From the NCBI GenBank assembly GCA_016188775.1, contig JACPHC010000004.1, positions 12,704 to 76,703 of the forward strand: DNA of 64,000 nucleotides. Reading direction: 5' to 3'. Origin of the DNA: Parcubacteria group bacterium. Its GTDB lineage: Bacteria; Patescibacteriota; Minisyncoccia; JACPHC01. This document shows, piece after piece, positions 28,498 to 38,157 of the stretch (its first letter is position 1; every line of letters starts with the position of its first letter). The notes under the pieces were generated by a model, which was given only the letters and a program-made list of their open reading frames with translations, did no database searches and was not told the DNA's origin. The position numbers and the translations under genes were made by a program.

Positions 28498-29358
28498 TCA
28501 CTCGTTCCCGGCCCGCCCTATGTAATCTTCAACGGCTGTAAAAAAATCCGTTCCGTAACGAAAATCAAATTTCCCGCTTGCGGTGAAAAGCCCCAGACCC
28601 ACAATCATGACGACGCAAAATACCATCCCAATGATAACTATTTTACGCGCGGGAGATCGCAGAAACTTTTTTCCAATAATCAAGCCGAAAATAAGCGCGA
28701 AAGCTCCGATTAAAGGATTGGCAAACCAGGCAATAGTCCCCATTATTCCAAAAAACAGCGGGCCGAACGCCTGTCTCTTTCTTTCTTTTTCTGATTCCGG
28801 ATCCCAACCGTTTTTTATTCTGCGTTTTTTAATAAACAGCGCGATTGGCAAAACTGCAAGGCCGAATAATCCGTAAACCCCGGCGTTAAAAACAATCCGA
28901 GCGGCGGGCGGAACCGTTTCAAAAAAATCATTAATTATAAAAATTGGTTCTCCGTCTTCAATATTAATCGTGCCGTAAACGGCAACTAGCGCCGCCCCAT
29001 CATTAAAAATTTCCATATTTTTGCAACCGGACGCATCTACCGGCATAGACCATTCGTTATCAGAAAGATAATATTGTTCGCTTAATGGCGCGAAAGAAAT
29101 TTTCGCGCGCGTGGAAACGCCTCTACCTTCCCATTCTTCGGGAGCAAGCGCTATTTCTTTAAGAGAGGTCTTGGAATATCTAACGTTAAACCGTTCACTT
29201 GTTTCAATTTGGCAGTCTGTTTCTTCCCCGAATTCAGTCGGAGAATAAAAAGCAAGATAAATTGCAGGACTCAAAAGCAAAATTAATTCCCCGATTATAA
29301 TCAAAAGATATCGCAATTTTTTATGTCTTTTTAAAAATGAAACCATATACTTATCCAT
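28498..29358 (-). CDS. Hypothetical membrane protein
   Basis: 286 aa, several TM segments. Confidence 0.7.
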   Translation of the reverse strand: MDKYMVSFLKRHKKLRYLLIIIGELILLLSPAIYLAFYSPTEFGEETDCQIETSERFNVRYSKTSLKEIALAPEEWEGRGVSTRAKISFAPLSEQYYLSDNEWSMPVDASGCKNMEIFNDGAALVAVYGTINIEDGEPIFIINDFFETVPPAARIVFNAGVYGLFGLAVLPIALFIKKRRIKNGWDPESEKERKRQAFGPLFFGIMGTIAWFANPLIGAFALIFGLIIGKKFLRSPARKIVIIGMVFCVVMIVGLGLFTASGKFDFRYGTDFFTAVEDYIGRAGNE

Positions 29359-29364
29359 TTAAAT

Positions 29365-31095
29365 TTATTGGCACGAGATCGCATTACAGCGGTCCGTCTC
29401 GGCATTGCTCTTAATAGTGCAATCAAACGCGCATTGCGTTCCAGCATCCCCGCTCGGGCATGAATTATAGCAGGCAACCCTATCGTTATCGTTCTTTTTG
29501 TGGCACTCTTCGCGCTCCACCCAACAGCTTGCCCCTGAAGTTTCCGGAGGCAAAGGCGCCGGAGCTTGAATGCTTCGGCATAAATAATCGGCCCTGGCAG
29601 CGCACAAGCAATCATCTCTTTTTCTTTCGGCGCCACCAATGCAATTATTAAAAGTATTATAATCGCCGTATTCTTCGCCGCCCAGATTATAAGCCCTGTT
29701 GCAAATATCATAAGCGGCGTTATATGCCGCGTAACACGCGTCTTTATCGCCCGCCGCTTTCGGTTTTACTGTAAACGCAATAGTCCGGCAGGCATTCGAC
29801 CCGGCCAAATCGATTGCGCAAACGCTAAATGTCCGCGAACCCTCCGCGCTCGGAGCGCCGGATAAAAGTCCGTTAAGATTCAATGCGATGCTGAACGGCG
29901 GAAATCCTCCCGAACCGAGCTGAAAATGATACGGTGGCTTGCCACCGGTCGGATTGACAGACGCGGCAGGGCATAAGTCGCTCGCCCGCGTTGCCGGCGG
30001 CTGACAAAAAGAATATTCAAATTTTTCGCCAACTTTTCCTTGAAAATTCAAAAGTGGATTAAATTTAATCGGGCCGCCAAGAGTATCCGCGTCCGGCTGT
30101 CCGAGCGAACGAGGCGTCGACTGGTTTTGCGCGGGTACGGTCTGCCGCGCTTGCTGCCGCATCGTTTGTTTTAATTCTTCTGACCGTTTCGCCGCAAGCT
30201 CTTGCGCGAGTTTGCGGTCAAGTTCCTTTTCTTCCGGAGGCTTGGTTTTTTCTTCCAATTCTTTAAAACGCTTTTCTTCTCCCTCGAGAAATTTTTTATA
30301 ATCCGCCGCAAGCCTGTCTTCCATTCGCTGATGTCGGATAGCTTCGATTATCCTTTCCAGCCGCTGGACGGCCGCGGGATTTGAGGCCCACTCTCCTTCA
30401 GGATCATATATTGTATATGCCAGGCTTTCTTTCAGCTTTTTTGCTTTTTCGAGAATAATTTCGCGTTTTACATTATCTTCAAAATCATCCTCAATTTTTT
30501 CAACTTCAATATCAATAATGATGTTCGACCGGTCAGCGGCTTTTGCTAGACGATCAAAGCGGTTCTTGGCAGTCGTAAGTTCTTCAAGCAGCGATCCCGC
30601 GCGAACGGCATCCCCGGCTTTGCGCGCCTCATTGATTGCTTCTCTTAATTCTTTCTTTTTTACCGAAAGCGCGAAAAGATCCTGACGCAAATGCTCCTGG
30701 ACCTTAGGCGCCTCTTCATTGAGTTTTTTATAAAACCGCTGTATTTCCTCGTCCCGCAACCCGCTTAAACGGCGGCCTATGTCACGCACCGCTTCCATCT
30801 GCGACTCTCGCGCAATTTCATATTCTTTAGAGTTATATGCGTCATATCCCTTATCTTTCCTAACCGCTTTTACTTCTTCCGTTCGTTCCTTGAGAAGACT
30901 AAAGGCAAACTCAAGCTTTTTCTTCGTGTCAAAAATCGTGGCGGCCCGAATTTTTTCAGCAAACCGATCAAAAAAATAAAAAAAGTTCAGCGGAGTAATG
31001 CCTGCTCCGGATTCATAGCTGGCGTGATTTTCGGCAATTGCGCTTCCGGGGAAAAAAATGATTACAGCCAAAATTATCCAAAAAATATACTTCAT
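29365..31095 (-). CDS. Secreted protein: DUF5667-like N-terminus, coiled coil, putative Ig domain, Cys-rich C-terminus
   Basis: Signal peptide; AGITPLNFFYFFDRFAEKI; GGKPPY...GLLSGAPSAEG (He_PIG-like); many Cys in the last ~130 aa. Confidence 0.75.
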   Translation of the reverse strand: MKYIFWIILAVIIFFPGSAIAENHASYESGAGITPLNFFYFFDRFAEKIRAATIFDTKKKLEFAFSLLKERTEEVKAVRKDKGYDAYNSKEYEIARESQMEAVRDIGRRLSGLRDEEIQRFYKKLNEEAPKVQEHLRQDLFALSVKKKELREAINEARKAGDAVRAGSLLEELTTAKNRFDRLAKAADRSNIIIDIEVEKIEDDFEDNVKREIILEKAKKLKESLAYTIYDPEGEWASNPAAVQRLERIIEAIRHQRMEDRLAADYKKFLEGEEKRFKELEEKTKPPEEKELDRKLAQELAAKRSEELKQTMRQQARQTVPAQNQSTPRSLGQPDADTLGGPIKFNPLLNFQGKVGEKFEYSFCQPPATRASDLCPAASVNPTGGKPPYHFQLGSGGFPPFSIALNLNGLLSGAPSAEGSRTFSVCAIDLAGSNACRTIAFTVKPKAAGDKDACYAAYNAAYDICNRAYNLGGEEYGDYNTFNNCIGGAERKRDDCLCAARADYLCRSIQAPAPLPPETSGASCWVEREECHKKNDNDRVACYNSCPSGDAGTQCAFDCTIKSNAETDRCNAISCQ

Positions 31096-31323
31096 TTCTA
31101 TTTTGAACAGTTTAAACCAAAGTCCAAGAATTACTTAAATTTTATCGCTCAAAAAAAATTAGGTCTATAAAACAATCTGATCGGCTCTAATTTCGGAACA
31201 CCGCTTCCGTTCACTGCTTCCACTACGGGAAACTTCCGTTTCCCGACCCCTTCCCAGTTCGAATCTCACCACTAATCAATAATCCAAATAAATATACTTT
31301 TACAAAGTATATTTATTTGGATT

Positions 31324-31616
31324 GGCGGTGAAATTATATCCTTTGCGCGAACCTTTTTCGAGGGACGATGACCCGACCAGCCGCCCGCCTCCGCTAACGC
31401 TCCGGCGGCAACCTCGCAGAAAAATATCCTCCGCCTTCTTGATTTTGCGCGCGCCCGATTTTTTCTTCTAAAAAGGAAGAGGATATTTTTCTGCTCGGTT
31501 CCGCCCTCCAAGTATTCGGGCGGAGCGGCGGGGCTTCTGCGCTCGGGCGCGGCAGAATTCCCCCCACCCCCCTTCCGCCGCGCCCGAGCTTCCACGGCGA
31601 AAATTTTTTGCGGCTA
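31324..31616 (-). repeat. Long GC-rich inverted repeat, left copy
   Basis: Reverse complement matches 33808-34038 in blocks, including a 25-bp identical inner end TAGCCGCAAAAAATTTTCGCCGTGG and GCGGAGGATATTTTTCTGCGAGGTTGCCGCCGGAGCGTTAGCGGAGGCGGGCGGC. Confidence 0.9.
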
Positions 31617-32231
31617 ATTGATTTTTACAAAATAACAAAGCCAGTTTGTTTTTCGTTCGTCATCCTCGACATGCGTACTCATTTTTAGCACAGAAAACCC
31701 ATTTTGCTCAAGTAGATTTTTGAACTCATCTTGAGTGTAGAACGAAAAATACCGACTGATTCCGCCATATTTATTTTCGTTTATCATTCCTTCGTCCATT
31801 CCGTTTTTCTCTTTGACCGAGATAAAACCGACGCCGCCGTTTTTGATAATTCGTTTTGTTTCCTGCAAAACTCCAACAACATCTTTTTTGGGTATGTGTA
31901 AAAAACTAGCGGCTGCCCAAAATCCGTCAAATTCTCCGTCTTGGAAAGTGGTTTTGCTAAAATCCATTTTTTGAAATTTTCCTTTTGGCACTCTCTCGCT
32001 TGCCACCCTTAACATTCCTTCGGAAGCGTCTATACCCGTATAATCAAAACCATTTTCCACAAAAACGGCAGCGTCTCGTCCGGCTCCGCAACCGAGGTCA
32101 ATAACTTTTTTTCCGTTAATAATACTTTTGTAAAAATCAAATTCTTCAACCCGAAAATGAGCGAAATGACCTGCGCTATAGTCGGGAGCGATTTTGTCAT
32201 ATGTTTCTGCTGTTTTCTGTTTGATGTCCAT
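31614..32231 (-). CDS. Class I SAM-dependent methyltransferase
   Basis: VIDLGCGAGRD, GIDASEGML, FDGFWAAASFLH. Confidence 0.9.
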   Translation of the reverse strand: MDIKQKTAETYDKIAPDYSAGHFAHFRVEEFDFYKSIINGKKVIDLGCGAGRDAAVFVENGFDYTGIDASEGMLRVASERVPKGKFQKMDFSKTTFQDGEFDGFWAAASFLHIPKKDVVGVLQETKRIIKNGGVGFISVKEKNGMDEGMINENKYGGISRYFSFYTQDEFKNLLEQNGFSVLKMSTHVEDDERKTNWLCYFVKIN

Positions 32232-32233
32232 AA

Positions 32234-32509
32234 TTATTTTTCTTTTGTCTCAAATTGTATAATTTGGAAGCCATATTTTTCTACTGCTTCCGGCGACCAA
32301 AAAGTTTGGCCTTTGGTTTTGAGAATATAGGTGGCGATAACTTCAACTTTTCTTCCAGTATATTCTTTTTTGTCTTTGTCCCACTCCTCTAAAACCAAAG
32401 TGTCGCCTTCGTTTACTTCAAAATCTGCAAGACGCAGTTCCAGCTTTTTCTTGCCGGAAATAATTTTCTCAAAATATTCTCGCCAAACTTTTTTACGAAT
32501 TGTTGCCAT
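32234..32509 (-). CDS. ASCH/PUA-like (DUF3850) protein
   Basis: KKVWREYFEKIISGKKKLELRLADFEVNEGDTLVLEEWD. Confidence 0.8.
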   Translation of the reverse strand: MATIRKKVWREYFEKIISGKKKLELRLADFEVNEGDTLVLEEWDKDKKEYTGRKVEVIATYILKTKGQTFWSPEAVEKYGFQIIQFETKEK

Positions 32510-32511
32510 AG

Positions 32512-33057
32512 TTATTTTACTTCATAATCCCATCCCGGTCTCCATGCCTTAGTTTTTCGCCAATCTTCCGCAAACGCATCTTCCCATGTTTTACCCTTGA
32601 GCAAAACATCAAGCGCGAGTTGCGGGGCTTTATGGGCAACTATGGCAACGCTTTTGCCGTCGTAATTCTGTTTTAGAAAATCGAGAAAGTCAGCAATTCG
32701 TGTTTTTACATCCTCATAACTTTCGCCATCAGGAAATTTTTCGATTATCGCTTTTTCTTGCATTGGTTCAACAATACTCGACGGCTTAGCATTGTATTTG
32801 CCATAGTTGCATTCCCGTAATCTCGCGTCAGGAATAATCGGCACAATTCCCTCAAATGTCAGTTTTGCGGAATCAATGGCTCGCTTCAAATCAGAGCAAA
32901 ATACAATATCAAATTTTTTGTCTTTGATTTTATCTCTCAAATCAATGGATTGTTTTACTCCCAATTCTGAAAGCCCAACATCAAACCAACCGGAGGAAAT
33001 TTCTTTCTCATTATCCGTTGTCGTGCCGTGGACAAAATAAGTAATCTTGATTGCCAT
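32512..33057 (-). CDS. Histidine phosphatase family protein
   Basis: FVHGTT (RHG variant), SDLKRA, LRECNYG, GESY, IVAH. Confidence 0.85.
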   Translation of the reverse strand: MAIKITYFVHGTTTDNEKEISSGWFDVGLSELGVKQSIDLRDKIKDKKFDIVFCSDLKRAIDSAKLTFEGIVPIIPDARLRECNYGKYNAKPSSIVEPMQEKAIIEKFPDGESYEDVKTRIADFLDFLKQNYDGKSVAIVAHKAPQLALDVLLKGKTWEDAFAEDWRKTKAWRPGWDYEVK

Positions 33058-33061
33058 AAAT

Positions 33062-33523
33062 TTATTTAATCATCCCGCCGTGTACCAAACAGCGATAAAC
33101 AACTTTTCCACCAAAAGAAATTTCCTCTTTACCGGAAAAATTTGCAAGGTTGCCATCAGCAACAAAACGATACTCTTTGTCGTCGGCGAAAAAGTTGCTT
33201 GGTCCTCGCACTGGAATTACATCATTGTATTCTTGCATGAGTGCTTTTCGGAGGAAATCATATACATCTTTCTCGCTCACTTTTTCATCTAGGACAAAGC
33301 CGAAATAATTTGCACCCCAAATTGGTTTCTCATTTTCGTATACGATTTCCTCGCCGATAAAGTCGCGCCCGCCAAAATAAGTGTCGTGGTAAATTAGCCT
33401 GTCTTTTTCAAAATGATAATCCTCCGATTTTAGACGGGATGGCGCGACTTTTGGAGCGTCTTTATTAGCGTAAGTTGTCTTGTTCATCTCATTAAGAAAC
33501 TTTGTTAGTGTTTGAAGATTCAT
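33062..33523 (-). CDS. DUF5680-like protein
   Basis: YHDTYFGGRDFIGEEIV...PIWGANY...FLRKAL...PVRGP...HGG. Confidence 0.7.
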   Translation of the reverse strand: MNLQTLTKFLNEMNKTTYANKDAPKVAPSRLKSEDYHFEKDRLIYHDTYFGGRDFIGEEIVYENEKPIWGANYFGFVLDEKVSEKDVYDFLRKALMQEYNDVIPVRGPSNFFADDKEYRFVADGNLANFSGKEEISFGGKVVYRCLVHGGMIK

Positions 33524-33528
33524 AAAAT

Positions 33529-33732
33529 TTATTTAATTAAATCCTCAATCGCGACATCAAGGGCTTTCGCAATTTTGCTCACTACAAAGACAGATGGCTT
33601 CTTGATAACACCTGTTTCAATTTTGGTTAGGGTCGTATAAGGTACATCAGCCTTACGAGCAAAATCATCTTGCGAAAGCTCTAATTTCTGTCGCAATTTC
33701 CTTATTTTCTGTCCCAGTTGATTACTTTCCAT
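33529..33732 (-). CDS. XRE-family helix-turn-helix regulator
   Basis: IRKLRQKLELSQDDFARKADV...IETG...PSV. Confidence 0.9.
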   Translation of the reverse strand: MESNQLGQKIRKLRQKLELSQDDFARKADVPYTTLTKIETGVIKKPSVFVVSKIAKALDVAIEDLIK

Positions 33733-33807
33733 ATATTGATAACATATAACTGTTGCTATATTTCGGAGACAATATTATACTAACAGATATGAGGACTTTC
33801 TTCAATG

Positions 33808-34038
33808 TAGCCGCAAAAAATTTTCGCCGTGGGAGCGAGGGCGCGGCGGAAGGGGGGTGTGGGGGGAAAAGTTTTCTTTTCCTTTTAGAAGAAAAAATTC
33901 GGCGCGCGCAAAATCAAAAAAGCGGAGGATATTTTTCTGCGAGGTTGCCGCCGGAGCGTTAGCGGAGGCGGGCGGCGGGGCGATTCAGTCCGTTCTTCGT
34001 TCGAAAAAGGTTCGCGCAAAGGTTAATACATCACCGCC
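33808..34038 (+). repeat. Long GC-rich inverted repeat, right copy
   Basis: Inverted partner of 31324-31616, lacking an internal ~60-bp segment. Confidence 0.9.
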
Positions 34039-34105
34039 TTCGCCTCGCAGTAGCTCGGCTTCGGCGTGACGCAGTCCGCAGAAGACGAGCGAAGGCGGGG
34101 GAATA

Positions 34106-35634
34106 AAATCAACGGAAGATGACGACCGACAAGTAATGTCTATTGAAGCGCAACTTTTTGAACTGCGAGAATACGCGCGTAAAGAAAATCTTGAAATTCT
34201 GGAGGAATTTCAAGAGTCGAAAAGCGCAAAGACACCCGGACGAGAAATCTTCGGCGAGATGATGGCGAAAATAGAAAGTGATGGAGATTTTGGCATACTC
34301 GCGTGGCACCCCGATCGCCTTGCGCGTAATAGTATTGACGGAGGACGCATTATCTACACCGTAGATCAGAAGAAAATAGTGTCTTTGCGTTTTCCGACAT
34401 TTTGGTTTGAACCAACCCCGCAGGGGCTCTTTATGTTGCAAGTGGCGTTCGGATGCGTCGTAAAGAATGGCTGGGACTTGCGCCTTTCGGATACCAAAAC
34501 AATCCACTTATTCGTAATATTGAACCGCACCCGACCGAAGCGCGTATTGTTAAATTAGCGTTTGAGGAATATGCGAAAGGCGTACACTCTTTTGTTTCTC
34601 TCGCGCAATTTTTGGCGGACCTCGGCGTTGTCTCAAAAAATAGAATGCCACTTGCCAAAGCTTCCATCAAACGACTTTTAACGAACAGAGCATATCTCGG
34701 CTTTTTGAAACACAAAGGAGAATGGTTTGATGGAAACTTTGAACCAATTCTTTCTCCCGCATTGTTTGAAGCCGTGCAGAAAATTTTGAAAACGAAAGAG
34801 CGGCCGCGCCACCGCCGCGCTCGGCACGATTTCCCATTTACCGGATTATTCCGGTGTGCCGAGTGCGGCTCAATGATTAGCGCGCAATGGGCGGTCAATC
34901 GCTGGGGTACAAAATATCGCTACTATCGCTGTTCAAAAAAGCGCGGCCGCTGTCCGCAACCATATATTCAAGAGGCGGAGTTGGCGCGGCAAATCAAGGC
35001 ACGGCTTCAAACAATCTCGCTTTGCGACAATCTCACCGATTGGATGTTGGAAAAAGTAAAAAGTTGGGAGCACGAGGAAATCGGAGCGTCGCAAAGCGAG
35101 GTTCAAAATCTTTCCGAAAATATTAAAACGGCAGAAGCGAGGATGGAAAAGCTGGTTTCCACTTATCTTGATGGCGACATTCCCAAACAAACTTATCTCA
35201 AAAAGAAAGATGAAATTTTACTCGCTTCTGCCGTTTTGGAGCAAAGGAAAAAAGATTTTGAAAACGGGAGAAAAAATTGGGTCGAACCCCTGCGGGAATG
35301 GATTTTAGATACGAAACAGGCCGATTTTTTGAGCACATCGAATGATTTTCACCAAATCAAAACATTTGTTCAAAAAATCGGAACGAACCCTCGGGTTCGT
35401 AACAAATCCGCCGTCTTTGATTTTTGCCCAGCCAGCCAGTTCGCCGCGAAGCGGCGAGGGATTTTGCGGAGCGCGGCCGCCTCGCGGCCGCGCGGAGCAA
35501 CCCTTTCAAATCGTGAAGTTTCTATTGGCGGAGGCGGTGAGATTCGAACTCACGATGCCCTTTCGGACATACTTGCTTTCCAAGCAAGCGCACTAGGCCG
35601 CTATGCGACGCCTCCAATAGATTGGATTATATAG
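34106..35634 (+). pseudogene. Large serine recombinase (resolvase + recombinase + Zn ribbon), 5'-truncated and frameshifted
   Basis: KSTEDDDRQVMSIEAQ, PGR, WHPDRLARN in frame 34136..34558; APFGY, CAECG...YYRC and coiled coil in frame 34453..35634; YxR motif and a start before the catalytic Ser are missing. Confidence 0.85.
35526..35615 (-). tRNA. tRNA-Ser(GGA)
   Basis: GGAGGCGTCGCATAGCGGCCTAGTGCGCTTGCTTGGAAAGCAAGT...GTGAGTTCGAATCTCACCGCCTCCGCCA; long variable arm, encoded CCA. Confidence 0.95.
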
Positions 35635-35715
35635 TTTAAAATCGGGAAAATCAAACGATATCAGTATTACATATTGATATTTTTTTTGTTATAATAAATA
35701 TAATCAATAAAAAAC

Positions 35716-37929
35716 ATGAAAATATTTAGATTTTCCCTGATTTTTCTTTTTCTTGTTTTTGGGTTTTTTATTTTTGCCAAAATTTCTTTCGCTCAAAGCG
35801 TAACGGTCAATCAGCCCAACGGCGGCGAATGTCTAAAAACTAATCAAGCTTATTCTATTACCTGGACGAGAGTTGGCGGCGATCATGTCGCTCTTTATTA
35901 TCGTTCTGACGGCCAACAACCGACTCATCTTGACAACAGCTTGATTGATCATGGAATGACCGGCTCTTCTTTTAATTGGACCCCTTCGGCGGGCGAAGCC
36001 TCGGAAACAGGCAGAATCTGGGCGGAAATTCACGACGCGGATCATAATTCTTTAAATGTCTGGGATCAATCTAACGCTAATTTTTCAGTAAGGTCGAGTT
36101 GTCCGACTATCGGTTTATCCCCAGCGAGTTTTAGTTTTTCCGGTTCAGTCGGCGGATCAAATCCTCCCTCCCAAACTTTGACCGTCACCAATACCGGCGC
36201 CAGCGGCTCTTCTTTAAGTTGGACTGGAACCAGTAATCAATCCTGGCTATCCATCTCTCCGACCTCCGGCGGTCCGCTTGGTTCAGGCGCTTCAAATTCG
36301 GTAAGCGTGAGCGTAAATATCGCTGGCTTAACCGAAGGCACTTACAATGGAACAATAACGATTTCGGGCATATCAACCAATAAATCGCAAACAGTGTCAG
36401 TCGCTTTAACTATTAATCCGGCTGGCCCCACTATTTCCCTCACTCCTTCCAGTTTTAATTTCACGGCAACAACAGGCGCCAATCCGGCCAGTCAAACTTT
36501 AACAATTACCAATGTCGGTCCATCCGGATCCAATCTCAACTGGTCCGCTTCCGACAATGCCGCCTGGCTGACTCTTTCCCCGACTTCCGGCGGGCCTCTG
36601 GGTTCCGGAGCTTCAAGTTCGCCAGTGACGAGTATTGACACAGCCGGACTGGCAGCCGGAACTTATAACGGGACAATAACGATTTCTGACGCCAGCGCGA
36701 CTAACAGCCCGCAAACAGCCGGCGCGACATTAACTCTTAACGCGGCTTCATCCGGCTCATCCTCAATAACAACCGGACCGGCTGTTATTTCCAGTTCAAT
36801 AAAAACAATAATATCGCTGACCGGCGCGGAAATTACCTGGCAAACAGATACGGAATCGTACAGCCAAATTGAATACGGCCCAACGATTAATTACGAATTC
36901 CAAGGCCAGCTAGACGCGGTTTTGAGCCTTACTCATAAAATGATTTTGGAAAATTTGCTTTCGGAAACAACTTATCATTTTAGAATTGCCAGCGGCCGAT
37001 TTTTGCAGCAATCCATCAAATCAGCCGATTTTATTTTTACCACTTTGAGCTTACCCAAGTCGGAATCAGCGCCCGTCATTCTGCCGGAAGCAGAACAGCC
37101 AAAAGAAGAACCTCCTTCCCTCCCTTCAATCGTCATCCCGCCGCCAATAGTAAATTCAATTTTTAATCGGCCGGGCAACAAAAAAATTGAACTTTCTTGG
37201 ACTAATCCCGACCCTGAAAAATTTAAAGAAATAAAAATTATAAGAAAAGAGGATAAATTTCCTTCCAACCCGTCTGACGGAGAAACAGTATTTCAAGGAA
37301 TGGCCAATTTATTCCTTGACGAGTCGGTGAAAAACGGGGTCCGTTATTTTTACTCCATTTTCACCTTTGACGAAGCTGGAAACTTTTCCGAAGCGGCTTT
37401 CACTTCTTCCAGGCCTCGGCCCGACCCGCCAGAAACGCCTCTGTCTTTCACGGCTCTTTCCAGGCAAAGCAAAAACGCGGAAAAACTGAACGATTATTTG
37501 CGAGAAATCGGCTATCTGGAAAAAAGTTCGCCGATCTTTGACGAAAAAACGAAAGAGGCTCTGAAAACTTTTCAAAAAGATAAGTTCATCAGGCCAACCG
37601 GACGAGCCGATTTAAGAACTCTTCATATCATTAATCAAAAACCCATTGAAGAATTAGGAGGAAAAAAAATTAGCGTTGAAGAATATAAAGAAATAACAAG
37701 ACACTTTTTTAATAAAGATTTTTCTCAAAGCAAACGTTCCCAAGAAGTAAAATTACTGCAAAAATCTTTATATATCCGAGGCTATTACTTTGGCCGATTT
37801 CATAATTTATTCGACGCGCTGACGAAAAAAGCCCTGATAAAATTCCAAAAAGATTTTGATATTCCGGAAGAGTCTGGAAAAGTCGGCCCAAAAACACAAG
37901 ACTTTCTTAATCATTATCCAACTATATAA
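35716..37929 (+). CDS. Secreted/surface protein with tandem BACON-like Ig domains, FN3-like domains and C-terminal peptidoglycan-binding-like repeats
   Basis: Signal peptide; two repeats PxSFxF...SQTLT...WLxxSPTSG...GLxxGTYNGTITI; TKEALKTFQK and TKKALIKFQK...GKVGPKT. Confidence 0.8.
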   Translation: MKIFRFSLIFLFLVFGFFIFAKISFAQSVTVNQPNGGECLKTNQAYSITWTRVGGDHVALYYRSDGQQPTHLDNSLIDHGMTGSSFNWTPSAGEASETGRIWAEIHDADHNSLNVWDQSNANFSVRSSCPTIGLSPASFSFSGSVGGSNPPSQTLTVTNTGASGSSLSWTGTSNQSWLSISPTSGGPLGSGASNSVSVSVNIAGLTEGTYNGTITISGISTNKSQTVSVALTINPAGPTISLTPSSFNFTATTGANPASQTLTITNVGPSGSNLNWSASDNAAWLTLSPTSGGPLGSGASSSPVTSIDTAGLAAGTYNGTITISDASATNSPQTAGATLTLNAASSGSSSITTGPAVISSSIKTIISLTGAEITWQTDTESYSQIEYGPTINYEFQGQLDAVLSLTHKMILENLLSETTYHFRIASGRFLQQSIKSADFIFTTLSLPKSESAPVILPEAEQPKEEPPSLPSIVIPPPIVNSIFNRPGNKKIELSWTNPDPEKFKEIKIIRKEDKFPSNPSDGETVFQGMANLFLDESVKNGVRYFYSIFTFDEAGNFSEAAFTSSRPRPDPPETPLSFTALSRQSKNAEKLNDYLREIGYLEKSSPIFDEKTKEALKTFQKDKFIRPTGRADLRTLHIINQKPIEELGGKKISVEEYKEITRHFFNKDFSQSKRSQEVKLLQKSLYIRGYYFGRFHNLFDALTKKALIKFQKDFDIPEESGKVGPKTQDFLNHYPTI

Positions 37930-38022
37930 ATTTTTTAATTAAATCAACTAATTGAAAAAAGAGAAGGAAGCGAATTTTTCAAATCGCCTTAGTCATGAGA
38001 TCGTACGAAAATTCAATCATTT

Positions 38023-38110
38023 GTCATTGCGAGAAGCGAAGCGACGAAGCAATCTCTATAATCAGCCAAGAAATGAGATTGCTTCGGCGATTCCATCGCC
38101 TCGCAATGAC
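38023..38110. repeat. GTCATTGCGAG REP-like element, copy 4
   Basis: GTCATTGCGAG...GAAGCAATCTC...GAGATTGCTTCGGCGATTCCATCGCCTCGCAATGAC. Confidence 0.85.
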
Positions 38111-38157
38111 GATTGTTTCGCAATATTTCAAAAATCCGTTTCCGAAGCTTTAACTAT

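Larger units (their letters stand above)
31321..35531. mobile_element. Integrative island at the tRNA-Ser 3' end (serine recombinase pseudogene plus IR-bounded cassette)
   Basis: ATTGGCGG direct repeat at 31321-31328 and 35524-35531 (tRNA CCA end); recombinase abuts the tRNA; displaced T-arm antisense copy at 31256-31270. Confidence 0.7.

Noticed and set aside
31272-31595. ORF 31272..31595 and ORFs 33753..33962 / 33857..34069
   Set aside because: They are translations of the long inverted repeats; the reading frames are not preserved between the two copies.
34430-34470. Programmed frameshift in the recombinase
   Set aside because: No slippery sequence, and a conserved segment seems to be missing, so a deletion is more likely.
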